In this document: positions 36,431 to 45,190 of the stretch, in pieces | How the letters are laid out: each line of letters starts with the position of its first letter | Numbering within the stretch: the stretch's first letter is position 1 | Virus record (IMG/VR): IMGVR_UViG_3300046464_000709 | Span: 32,001-96,000 of that record | Strand: one strand, 5' to 3' | DNA length: 64,000 nucleotides | DNA from: a virus | Program-made: the position numbers and the translations under genes | The notes under the pieces: generated by a model | Seen by the model: the letters and a program-made list of their open reading frames with translations, nothing else | What the model was told of the DNA's origin: nothing | Databases searched by the model: none

Positions 36431-36838
36431 TTAATACCAACAAGAGTAAAAAATTCTGTGCTTTTTCTCAAGCATTTTCCTTGCTTCCTTGATGAATGCT
36501 AAGTCAGATTCCTTGTACCAATAATCGTTATCGGCATGAGGTTCATCATTTTCGTCAGTCCAAAAATAAGAATCAGAACCAAAAAAGAATCCATTCGTTT
36601 GGGGTAGCTCAAAGTTAAGAATTGCCTCCTCAAGAGAATCAATATCTTCAGATGTGAGTGGTAATACTGCACAATTAAAATCACCATCTTCGCTTGCGTT
36701 TGGACAACCTTTGCTTTGCCAAAGACCTTCCATCCAACCTTGCAAGCGATTATGTTTTCTCCACTCGCCAATTTGAATATCGTTATCTGAATTGCGTTTG
36801 CGTGGTGGTCGTGCGTATGCGTATTGATCTAATCCCAT
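36431..36838 (-). CDS. phage protein, MGLD...WRK.N type
   Basis: MGLDQY..WRKHN.L.GW..LP.T.GFFFG..YSCWY. Confidence 0.8.
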   Translation of the reverse strand: MGLDQYAYARPPRKRNSDNDIQIGEWRKHNRLQGWMEGLWQSKGCPNASEDGDFNCAVLPLTSEDIDSLEEAILNFELPQTNGFFFGSDSYFWTDENDEPHADNDYWYKESDLAFIKEARKMLEKKHRIFYSCWY

Positions 36839-36854
36839 GATTTTTTCCTTGTGT

Positions 36855-37103
36855 TTATAGTTGTGCTGATTGAAATGAAGACTCTATTCTAAGCTCATTT
36901 TGCAATGATGTCAAACTTAAAATGATGTCTTCTAAAACTTCTTCGGCTGATTGAAATGTACTTCCAAGTGGAAACTTTTCGGGATGACGCTCGTTCTGCT
37001 CCAAGCATACCTTGGACATTGGATCTGCATATGCCATTTCTCCTCGAACGATGTTCAAAATGTTTTCTCTAATTTTTGCTTGCGTCATGATTAATTTTTC
37101 CAA
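36855..37103 (-). CDS. hypothetical protein
   Basis: ORF in operon; start uncertain. Confidence 0.6.
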   Translation of the reverse strand: MEKLIMTQAKIRENILNIVRGEMAYADPMSKVCLEQNERHPEKFPLGSTFQSAEEVLEDIILSLTSLQNELRIESSFQSAQL

Positions 37104-37236
37104 TCTACTGAATCGATATCTTCTTCGCCTTGTCCAAAAATCATCTCAAAGATTTTAATGAGCTCAGGTGGTGATAAAATAGGAAGGTTCTCTTGGATTT
37201 CCTTTAGGAGTTGCGTTTTGGTTGTTTGTGTTTCAT

Positions 37237-37635
37237 TCATAATACTGCTAATACTTGTTTGGGTTCTAATCTTACGGCAATAGCATAGTCTACCATTTGT
37301 TCCGTGTCCTTGTCAACAAAATTCTCATACTTATATGGATTGTAAGAAACAGGTCGTGCGGTGGGATGAGAATCCCTCCAATCGCCCATTTGCCAATTCT
37401 CTATATAGCCTTCGACTCCTGCGTGAACATTTTTACGCTGTTCTTTTAAAACTCTTTCTCGCCCACTCTTGCTAACCTTGAAAGTGCAACTATGCATTGC
37501 CAATAATTTAGTGTGAGCCTTGACCAATCCATCTTGCTTGATACTCCAACATTTTTTGTGAAGATTCTTGTAAACAAAAACAGGACTGCCAAAGTCAATC
37601 TTATATCTTTTTTCGTTAGGCTTTGTCTCGATCAT
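37237..37635 (-). CDS. hypothetical phage protein
   Basis: VY.NLHK.CWS..F.VS..GRERVL.E.RKNVHA..V.YNPYK; leaderless promoter. Confidence 0.8.
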   Translation of the reverse strand: MIETKPNEKRYKIDFGSPVFVYKNLHKKCWSIKQDGLVKAHTKLLAMHSCTFKVSKSGRERVLKEQRKNVHAGVEGYIENWQMGDWRDSHPTARPVSYNPYKYENFVDKDTEQMVDYAIAVRLEPKQVLAVL

Positions 37636-37737
37636 AAATACAAGTATGACAGGTTTTCACCTCAAGTCAACCTTTTTCTTCATTTTTTTCTAAACCTATT
37701 CCCAATTTATGTCGACTCTGTCGACAGGTCAAGCCGT

Positions 37738-37770
37738 ATATGTCGATAAAATTAGATTTTATCGACATAT
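37738..37770. repeat. perfect inverted repeat with 15-bp arms
   Basis: ATATGTCGATAAAAT-TAG-ATTTTATCGACATAT. Confidence 0.85.
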
Positions 37771-37800
37771 TGAAGTCAGGGCATCCTTTTTAAAACATTG

Positions 37801-37877
37801 CAAGTCGTTGGTAGCCAATTAGTTATGAAAAAACGCCTAGGCGGATTTTCCGCAACTTGTTGATATACAATGACTTA
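37801..37877. repeat. double-dyad element 8
   Basis: Dyads at 37801 and 37853. Confidence 0.88.
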
Positions 37878-38087
37878 TGTAATTTTTAATTTTATTCTTT
37901 TTTTTCTGAATTTATTTACATTTTACTTCCTTTATTTGGATTGTTATTTGTTTCCCCCTTATTTGTAATATATATAATTGGTATTTGGTTGTTATATTTG
38001 AAGGAGTAGACTTTTATTCCTTATCGTCGTAGTAACCTCGAACCATTCCTATTAAAAATGCAGCGCAGATCAGTAAAGTTAACTCCA

Positions 38088-38663
38088 CTATGCTGTCTTG
38101 CTGTATTGCTTCCAGATTTCAAGATCAAGATCAGTAACGGATTTACCTAATTGGCGAGCAATGTTCTTGAAAATATTCGCGAAATAATGGTATGTATTCT
38201 CCTTCGTTGGCGTGCTCTTTGGGGCGTCCGTGTATCCTTGATCACGAAGGAACCTGAGGATATGAGTGTCGAGCATTGGTTCATCAAAGTCTTCGCGGCT
38301 ATGAGAGAGAAAGAACCTTGCTGTCTTAAGCCCGATACCAGCGACTTCTAAAAGCCTGTTTAATGTAACCGTTTGAAGATCTTGAATCTTTGATACAGCA
38401 ACATAAGAGTTGTATCTTTGCTTGTATGGACTAAGCTTAGCCCAATGCATAATCTCTTGGAGCCGGCCCAATTTAATTAATTTTCTTATACAATTAAATG
38501 GACTTGTTTCTTTTGTTATGTTTTTTGCTCTCTCTATGAACACTTCTAATTTAGGTGCTTCGATTGAACTTTTCTTTCCTGCTACATTAATACAGAATAG
38601 GATAAATTCTTCTAATTCGTTGTGTGATCTATTATAGTTTGTTACTTCAGCTGGATTAATCAT
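38088..38663 (-). CDS. HhH-GPD superfamily DNA glycosylase-like protein
   Basis: HhH VAGIGLKTARFFL, LDTHILRFL, C-terminal LDLEIW. Confidence 0.75.
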   Translation of the reverse strand: MINPAEVTNYNRSHNELEEFILFCINVAGKKSSIEAPKLEVFIERAKNITKETSPFNCIRKLIKLGRLQEIMHWAKLSPYKQRYNSYVAVSKIQDLQTVTLNRLLEVAGIGLKTARFFLSHSREDFDEPMLDTHILRFLRDQGYTDAPKSTPTKENTYHYFANIFKNIARQLGKSVTDLDLEIWKQYSKTA

Positions 38664-38681
38664 ATGTTTTTTTGTTTATGG

Positions 38682-38936
38682 TTATTGTGCAATGTGAAAT
38701 GCTTTACGAAGGTTGTCGCATTCTTGTCCACAAAGAAATACTTCTCTGCAATAGTCAATGTTTTTTGACTCAATATGCTTGATGAGTTTTACTGCTTGAT
38801 GAGCAGGAACTCGATCACGAGGCATGCCTCCCCATTTGATCACTACCCTCATGTGAGGAAAGTGTTCGTTGATTTCAGCAAGTTGAGCTGAGTTGATGTA
38901 TCCGTAGTTCGCAAGAATGTTTTTTATTGTTTCCAT
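38682..38936 (-). CDS. hypothetical protein
   Basis: Start reassigned to ATG 38936, 7 nt after TTGACA-16-CATACT. Confidence 0.7.
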   Translation of the reverse strand: METIKNILANYGYINSAQLAEINEHFPHMRVVIKWGGMPRDRVPAHQAVKLIKHIESKNIDYCREVFLCGQECDNLRKAFHIAQ

Positions 38937-38973
38937 GATATCTAGTATGACAGAATTAAAAGCAATGTCAAAC

Positions 38974-39015
38974 AAAAAAACCTGCCCAAGGAGAGAAAGA
39001 AAAACCTTGGACAGG
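38974..39015 (-). terminator. intrinsic terminator
   Basis: CCTGTCCAAGG...CCTTGGGCAGG followed by T7. Confidence 0.8.
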
Positions 39016-39360
39016 TCTGAATGCATGATTAAGAAATAGATGTGGGAAGGGATTACTGTATACCCTCGACTTTTCGGGATGAACATCAGTTCATTGTGTA
39101 CCTACTTTGCACTACAAATTAGACTTGGCATTCGTCATCGACTCATCCGATTGGACTCTATCGCTCCACCACAGAGAATTTGCATACCTTAGCCCGCTCA
39201 TCACAGGCTTGCTCAGTCACCCACAGGAAGGATTATAAGCCCTTCCAAATAGAATGGAACGAGTCAATGTCCGATACTCAGCTATCAACTCATTGTTCCA
39301 AAAGTGTTTAAAATGTTAAAGATCGATTATTTATTTTGATTAAGTTTGTTTCTTAATTAT
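38974..39360 (-). ncRNA. putative ~390-nt structured non-coding RNA
   Basis: Consensus promoter, no ATG at +1, GC-richer multi-hairpin body, terminator. Confidence 0.65.
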
Positions 39361-39366
39361 GTATCT

Positions 39367-39395
39367 ATTATACTCTATTATTTGTTATTTGTCAA
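39367..39395 (-). promoter_or_regulatory. consensus sigma70 promoter driving the ncRNA candidate
   Basis: TTGACA-17-TATAAT. Confidence 0.85.
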
Positions 39396-39657
39396 GTACT
39401 TTTTTATTATTTGATGTTCTATTTATTCTTAATAAGTCTTCTTGTATTTGATTAATATATTTGTATGTATTATTTGCATCAATTATTTTATTGTTTGGAT
39501 ATTGTGTGCAATGATAAAGATCAGCAATAAATTCATTTAGCTTGGCGAGCTTAACATAAACATATTCTTTTTCAGTTAGCTCGTTACGAAGTTCTTGTTC
39601 TGTGGCGAACATCGAGGCTTTTGGGGATAGTGGCTTAATCATATGAATATTGAGCAA
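39385..39657 (-). CDS. hypothetical protein
   Basis: ORF in operon; start uncertain. Confidence 0.6.
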   Translation of the reverse strand: MLNIHMIKPLSPKASMFATEQELRNELTEKEYVYVKLAKLNEFIADLYHCTQYPNNKIIDANNTYKYINQIQEDLLRINRTSNNKKVLDK

Positions 39658-40120
39658 GTTTATTTAAGTTTTTTTTGTTTGCTTTTAACAAAGAATATGT
39701 TTGAAAAAGATCAGAAATAGATTTCTTTTTCGTGCTACAATTATTGTATTTTGGTAGGTAATTTAAAATAAATTTTCTTTCTGTTTCATTCATCCAAATA
39801 GTGCAAAGACTAGGATTAGGTTTACGAAGAGATATTCTTTTGGTTGAATTTTTACTTACAAGTTTAGCCTCTTTTTCTACTTTGCTCGGAGGAAGCAAAT
39901 AATAAACTTTACTAAAATTTTTGTTCGATTGATGCGACCCCACTCTTTGAAGTAGATTTGCTGTTTGCCCAACATAAACCACCTCATCTTCTTCTGAAAC
40001 CAAGAAATAAACGCAACAAAATTCTTTTGCTTCTCCCTTGAATCTTCTTAATCTGCCAATCTTTTTAATTGATTGTCTGAATTCGGGGTTGATTATTTTT
40101 ATAAACTCTTCCGTTATCAT
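39635..40120 (-). CDS. GIY-YIG nuclease-like protein
   Basis: CVYFL..VVYVGQT.NL..R..SH...E..I...PKYN. Confidence 0.75.
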   Translation of the reverse strand: MITEEFIKIINPEFRQSIKKIGRLRRFKGEAKEFCCVYFLVSEEDEVVYVGQTANLLQRVGSHQSNKNFSKVYYLLPPSKVEKEAKLVSKNSTKRISLRKPNPSLCTIWMNETERKFILNYLPKYNNCSTKKKSISDLFQTYSLLKANKKNLNKLAQYSYD

Positions 40121-40338
40121 TACGCAAAGAATCTCCTTCCCAATCTTGCTTTGCTTGCCTCGATTCGATCTAGTCTAGCTTGATCGGCTTTTTGAGATAG
40201 TTTTGTTGAATAGTAAACACTATCCTCGGCAACTGATCCATAATTTGCAAACTTACCTTGCTTGTTCGCAGGTGTGTGTTTACCACTTTTAATATCTGCC
40301 ATTACTTGGCTCGCTCTCGCATTTTTCGCAATACTCAT
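40120..40338 (-). CDS. small basic protein
   Basis: 72 aa. Confidence 0.65.
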   Translation of the reverse strand: MSIAKNARASQVMADIKSGKHTPANKQGKFANYGSVAEDSVYYSTKLSQKADQARLDRIEASKARLGRRFFA

Positions 40339-40428
40339 AATTTTATATAATTTTTAGGTTAATTAGTTTTAGCAATTTGTTTTATGTATTCTAGTATATC
40401 AGAATGTAATATATTGTCAAGTCTTTTT

Positions 40429-40617
40429 TTAAGAAACGAATCCGTATGTTGGCAAATCAAATTCATGATCGAACATTCCTACTTCGTCCCATCCATAAAG
40501 AATTAGTGCTTGATCGAGATCGTCTTTCATTAAATCTTTTCTGTCAATCACTGCAAGCTCGCTACCATTTGGTATCATGCCGTCAACATTTTTTATGTCG
40601 ATTTCTTGAAATGTCAT
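40429..40617 (-). CDS. hypothetical protein
   Basis: 62 aa, coupled to the upstream ORF. Confidence 0.6.
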   Translation of the reverse strand: MTFQEIDIKNVDGMIPNGSELAVIDRKDLMKDDLDQALILYGWDEVGMFDHEFDLPTYGFVS

Positions 40618-40871
40618 AGTACTTTTCCTCCGACTCTATAGACAGACCATGTTTCTTCACCCTTGTATTGGCTTAGTCGAAAGTTGTTGTCTGTTTCTGC
40701 CCAATCGACTGCACTCTGTAGTGAACGAAAATAAAGAGGCGATTCGCTCGGACTCGCATCATCTACTAACATATATACTCCTTCTGCGAGATCGCATGGG
40801 TTGGTATTCTTTTCTTTTTCTACTTGAGCTTGCCACTCAAGATATTCTAGTTGTTCTTCGCAATAGTTCAT
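40614..40871 (-). CDS. hypothetical protein
   Basis: Leaderless promoter TTGACA-16-TATACT. Confidence 0.7.
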   Translation of the reverse strand: MNYCEEQLEYLEWQAQVEKEKNTNPCDLAEGVYMLVDDASPSESPLYFRSLQSAVDWAETDNNFRLSQYKGEETWSVYRVGGKVL

Positions 40872-41299
40872 GCCCTCTAGTATATCAGATTAGGATTTGT
40901 TGTCAAGTCTTTTTTTATTGAACTTGCTTTTTCCTCCGAATGCACCTGTTGGAGTAGCTTGTCCGCCCTTGTGCCCAACCATTCCTTTTCCGCTTTTCTT
41001 TTTTCCAACTAAATATTTATTATGATTCATATTTTATTAAATTTTGTTTGCGATTAACCTATATGCTCTATCTACTGCAAGAGACATTAATGTTAAAATT
41101 GTTATTGCTCCTACGCAACTTACTATTGAATGTATTATTTCGTATATCATATTGTATAAATTATTTTGTATAATTAAGTGTTTATTTGAGTTATATTGTT
41201 TTGCTTTTTATATCATGCAATTGTATTGTTTATTTAGTATATTGTATTGTATAAGAGTAAATACTATAATAAAGCATTTTATATCATGCAAAAATTTGT

Positions 41300-41440
41300 T
41301 TATTTATTTCTTAATATTTGGGCAATCAACATTAGTGTTTTATTTAAATCAGATAATTCTTTTCTTACATCATCTGTATATCCATTCGAGATAGATATTT
41401 GGTCTTTTATCTTTTGCAATTCCTTTGTTATTTCGTCCAT
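41300..41440 (-). CDS. 46-aa coiled-coil peptide (not in ORF track)
   Basis: MDEITKELQKIKDQ...; ATG 7 nt after TTGACA-17-CATACT. Confidence 0.55.
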   Translation of the reverse strand: MDEITKELQKIKDQISISNGYTDDVRKELSDLNKTLMLIAQILRNK

Positions 41441-41484
41441 GATTAATAGTATGGCAGAAAGTTTGGCGGTTGTCAAGCCTTATT

Positions 41485-41697
41485 TTATTTGCCGTAAATA
41501 TTTGTGCAATTAAATTCGGGCGAGTCAGTCCACATTCCCTTGGCATATTTGCCGTTATTTGTCTTGAGATTGATTGTCTCGTATAAGTGTTTTAGCATTG
41601 CCTTGTCATCTTTGTTTTCTTTATTTGATGTTTTATTTTTTGCAATTATTTCGCTTATTTGATCTAATATATGATCTATTTCTCTTCGTGCGTGCAT
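41485..41697 (-). CDS. hypothetical protein
   Basis: 70 aa, coupled. Confidence 0.55.
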   Translation of the reverse strand: MHARREIDHILDQISEIIAKNKTSNKENKDDKAMLKHLYETINLKTNNGKYAKGMWTDSPEFNCTNIYGK

Positions 41698-41924
41698 TAT
41701 TTATATTTGTTGTTCTTTAATTTTATTAAATATTTTTTTAAATTGAGTGCTTCTATATATGCTCTATCTATATTATCATTCTCTACATGAAAAGATATAC
41801 TCTCATTACTTGTAATAACATTCTCTGTCTCATCATCATTAAAACATGAAATATTTTGTTCAATTAATTGTATTATTTCATAAGATAATTGCAATACATC
41901 ATCTTCATTATATTTATTTGTCAT
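41697..41924 (-). CDS. hypothetical protein (tandem paralogue)
   Basis: Aligns with 41914-42120. Confidence 0.6.
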   Translation of the reverse strand: MTNKYNEDDVLQLSYEIIQLIEQNISCFNDDETENVITSNESISFHVENDNIDRAYIEALNLKKYLIKLKNNKYK

Positions 41925-42120
41925 TATTTACTATATTATTTAATATTTGTAATGTATATTTCGCTTCCCATAATGCTTTCTCTCGCTCGCCTAATTCCAT
42001 GTAAAAATTCATGCTATTATTGCAGAGATTTATAGTTTCAGCTTGGTCTTCAGATAGTTTTCCTACCTTTGTATTGAATATTTCTATTATTTCGCTACTT
42101 ATTTTTTGCAATTCATCCAT
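41914..42120 (-). CDS. hypothetical protein (tandem paralogue)
   Basis: Aligns with 41697-41924. Confidence 0.6.
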   Translation of the reverse strand: MDELQKISSEIIEIFNTKVGKLSEDQAETINLCNNSMNFYMELGEREKALWEAKYTLQILNNIVNNDK

Positions 42121-42738
42121 GATTTAATTTAATTATTTTTTTTATTCAATTGATCTAGGTTATTTTGCATCTGCTTTCTTATTTCTTCTGTTGGTGCAGT
42201 CTTTATTGCTTGTTCTAGCATCTTTTTCTGTTGCTCTTCGTCTAAACGAGGAGGAGTCGGTAAGTTATTTGTGTTTTCTTTATTCATAATATACTATATA
42301 CTATACAATAATACAAAAGACAAGTCAAGAATAAATGTAAATTATTATAATAAATTGTAAATATTTGAAAGATAATGACTTATATTGTAATCATTTGAGA
42401 ATCGTTGGAAAGCCGTGAGAATTTCGCACGACTTGCTTGCGAGGCTCACTTGGCTCTATATTTACTCGCTTGATCCGCCTTATTTGATAAAATATTTTTT
42501 GCAATTGAGTGCGAATGAATGTCGCTAATTTTATTAATTTTTTCATTGAATTAGTAATTTTATATTTATTTTTGTTGTTTTGACTTGTTTGCTCGCAGTT
42601 TATTTTATACAATATTATAATGAATTATAGTTTATTTTATATATTATTTTGTGTTATTTGCCGTGACTTTTTCTAGTTTTTTCTTTTGTAGAGAATATAT
42701 AATAGTATGAATTATTTTATATATTTAAGTCGCGTACT

Positions 42739-42772
42739 CCACTATCACCCATTTTAAACCATTTTACTCCAC
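42739..42772 (-). promoter_or_regulatory. MraZ-box-like direct repeat (4 x RTGG at 10-bp period)
   Basis: Minus strand GTGG-agtaaa-ATGG-tttaaa-ATGG-gtgata-GTGG. Confidence 0.5.
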
Positions 42773-42903
42773 ACAATATTTTATATATTTATTACAGAGA
42801 ATGATGTATTTTTATATATATTATATATTTACGATTGATATAGTATTGTATATTGTTGTATAATATGTACTATATATGTTTTGTATATGTTGGTAATCAT
42901 ATT

Positions 42904-44094
42904 CTATTCGTAATCTCTGAAACCGATAGCATAAGGAAATCGTGGAATTCCATCGGGAGTAAGTTGAAAATACTTAATGGTTGCTAACTTACCAATATAA
43001 TCTTTGCGATTATCATAGATTTCTTTGAGGTAGTCAAATGAACCTTTGATGTTGCTATTGAATGTGGTTTTTGTTTTCGGACAATAACACACTAAATGCT
43101 TTGCAGTTCCACTACGATTGCCGTTTCCAATATTAATATCTACAACTTTATATTCTGCATCAATAAATTCTTTTCTTTTTAATAATGATGTACTTCTCTT
43201 GTTATCATATTTACTTGAATTCTTGCGAACCATTTGTCCTTCGTATCCTTGTTCAAGATATTGACCATACAAACTATTTAAATTGCCGAGAGAATATACT
43301 TCATTTGTTTCGACTAATACAATATGTTTGTTTGTCATTAATTTGGCTTTTAATTCATCTATTCTAAAGTCAAATGATTGATTTTCATTTATTACATCAT
43401 TTATTCTTGGTGCATCATATACATGATATTGAATTGTATCTTCTGCTTCTGCGAGTCGTTCTTGATATTCAGTTTGCTTTTTGGCAAATGCTTTATCAGT
43501 CATGCTTGCTGACTTGGTTGGTCTTTGCTTGCGAACAAGCGAAGTGATCTTGTTAAAGTTTTCACGCAAATCATGGTTGTATAGTTCACCATCAAGAATA
43601 GCTTTAGGATGAGCGAGAAAGAACCCATTTAGGCTTTTAAGGATATGAGGTATGCACTCTATCTCCTTGCCATTGCGAGTCCTTCCAATGAGCGTATCGC
43701 CTTCTTTGCGTACTATGCAACGAATGCCATCTAATTTTGGTTGCGAATAACAAGGATACTTTCCAACCAATTCATCTTGACGATCCTTGAAGTTGTGTGC
43801 GAGCATCGGCTCATAGAACTTTTTTTTCTGTGCATCTATCTCATTTAGTGCATATCCACTATCTAATTTCTTTTGGAATTTAGCTTGAGCTTGCAACTCT
43901 GCTTGACCTTCGGGAGTTGTTTCATTACTTCGCCCAACATTCTTGGCGATTGTGGTTGTGGCTTTATCTTGAGTCTTCTTACCATCAACCAAACCTTTGA
44001 CTGCATAAAAGGATGCACCATCAATGTGCATCGTCCATTCACGCAATTTTCCTTTAGTATCTATCTTGTATAATGTCTGCAATGTTTTTGTCAT
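42904..44094 (-). CDS. lig: ATP-dependent DNA ligase
   Basis: PMLA, QPKLDGIRC, LDGELY, GYEGQMVR, LLKRK, G.PRFP. Confidence 0.92.
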   Translation of the reverse strand: MTKTLQTLYKIDTKGKLREWTMHIDGASFYAVKGLVDGKKTQDKATTTIAKNVGRSNETTPEGQAELQAQAKFQKKLDSGYALNEIDAQKKKFYEPMLAHNFKDRQDELVGKYPCYSQPKLDGIRCIVRKEGDTLIGRTRNGKEIECIPHILKSLNGFFLAHPKAILDGELYNHDLRENFNKITSLVRKQRPTKSASMTDKAFAKKQTEYQERLAEAEDTIQYHVYDAPRINDVINENQSFDFRIDELKAKLMTNKHIVLVETNEVYSLGNLNSLYGQYLEQGYEGQMVRKNSSKYDNKRSTSLLKRKEFIDAEYKVVDINIGNGNRSGTAKHLVCYCPKTKTTFNSNIKGSFDYLKEIYDNRKDYIGKLATIKYFQLTPDGIPRFPYAIGFRDYE

Positions 44095-44125
44095 AATATA
44101 AATATAGTTGATTTTTTAAAGTCTG

Positions 44126-44782
44126 TCAAGACAATTTTATTAATTTAAGTTTTTCTATTGAATCGAGCAATATTTTTAATGAAATTAAATTCCCGCCATT
44201 TATTGGGAGTATCTGATTTTGATTATCCATAGGAATGCCCAAGCTATATTGAATAAATGACATTGTACTTAAAGCAACCCCTTCTGCAATCCCATAATAT
44301 GTTTTCCATCTTGCATGAGTCGGAATTTCAGTTAGTTTTCCTTTACATAAATACAAACTTTTCGATCCACCGAATGTAAGTTTATTAATATTTCGTTTGT
44401 TGGGTCGCAAAAAGGCGGTATGACCAAAATATAGCTTGCGTTCGTCCTCTTTAGTAAATTCTGTTGATGGAGAATAAGAGATTACATGACCACATTTTAA
44501 GGTTAAATTAAAACCATCTTTTTTTAAATCGAATTGTAAAACATCATTCTGATTGACCATTCCTTTGCAGACTTCAAACTGATAGTTATCGAAAGACAAC
44601 TCAGACTGAAAGAATTTTTTACTATAATTAGAGCGATGGGCTTTTAATCTTTGTTTTAAGTTTTTCGAGAAACCTACATAATTTTTTATAACATTACCTT
44701 CAACTCCTATAAGGTTATATATCTTATTACCAAGATAATTTCTGTCTGACTCAATTCTTTTTTTCTTTTGCAACTTAATCAT
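44126..44782 (-). CDS. GIY-YIG domain protein
   Basis: KIYNL..NYVGFSKNLKQRLKAH. Confidence 0.6.
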   Translation of the reverse strand: MIKLQKKKRIESDRNYLGNKIYNLIGVEGNVIKNYVGFSKNLKQRLKAHRSNYSKKFFQSELSFDNYQFEVCKGMVNQNDVLQFDLKKDGFNLTLKCGHVISYSPSTEFTKEDERKLYFGHTAFLRPNKRNINKLTFGGSKSLYLCKGKLTEIPTHARWKTYYGIAEGVALSTMSFIQYSLGIPMDNQNQILPINGGNLISLKILLDSIEKLKLIKLS

Positions 44783-44821
44783 AGTTATAACTATAAGAAA
44801 TTATTCGTTCATTGTCAATCC

Positions 44822-45016
44822 CTAAATTAGTTTTTGTAAAATTTTTAATTCTTTGATTCCTAAGTGTTTAGATAAATACAAGCAAAAATCTATTAAATTA
44901 GCCCGATTTGAGAATACAATATCATGCCGAATGTAATCTGCGACTTGAGCATATTGTCCATCTTGCCAACGCTCTGTTAATTGCAAGAATAAATTGCTTT
45001 GATTATCTTGATCCAT
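44822..45016 (-). CDS. hypothetical protein
   Basis: 64 aa. Confidence 0.6.
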   Translation of the reverse strand: MDQDNQSNLFLQLTERWQDGQYAQVADYIRHDIVFSNRANLIDFCLYLSKHLGIKELKILQKLI

Positions 45017-45190
45017 TGTTTAATTAACTTCTGAATCTAAATGATCCCAAGGAAATCCCTCTATTTGATCTAAAACTTCGTTCAGACAACTTAATTCTGA
45101 AATGTACGCTTGTTCTTCTGCTTGGCAATTTGTGTGTGCATTTGCACAAAATTCCATTCTTTCGTATATTTTATTTATTATTTCTTGCAT

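Noticed and set aside
27755-37877. Dyad elements as a CRISPR array
   Set aside because: Only 2-3 degenerate units per locus. The linkers are similar to each other rather than unique spacers, the loci are more than 1 kb apart, and no cas genes are present.
27755-37877. Dyad elements as integron attC sites
   Set aside because: No consistent RYYYAAC...GTTRRRY ends and no integrase in the window. Genes carry their own promoters, and several genes lie between elements.
38937-39086. N-terminal extension of ORF 38682-39086 (likewise 34267-34392, 32971-33105, 31185-31382)
   Set aside because: The extensions cross terminators, promoters, RNA elements or other genes. An internal ATG sits at the leaderless position.
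39140-39171. CTCCACCA as a tmRNA/tRNA 3' end on the + strand
   Set aside because: No preceding T-arm (GTTCRA) or matching 5' acceptor strand. The promoter and terminator point to the minus strand.
39070-39205. Hammerhead ribozyme within the ncRNA candidate
   Set aside because: CTGATGT and GTGATGA do not give the CUGANGA core correctly placed relative to GAAA and three stems.
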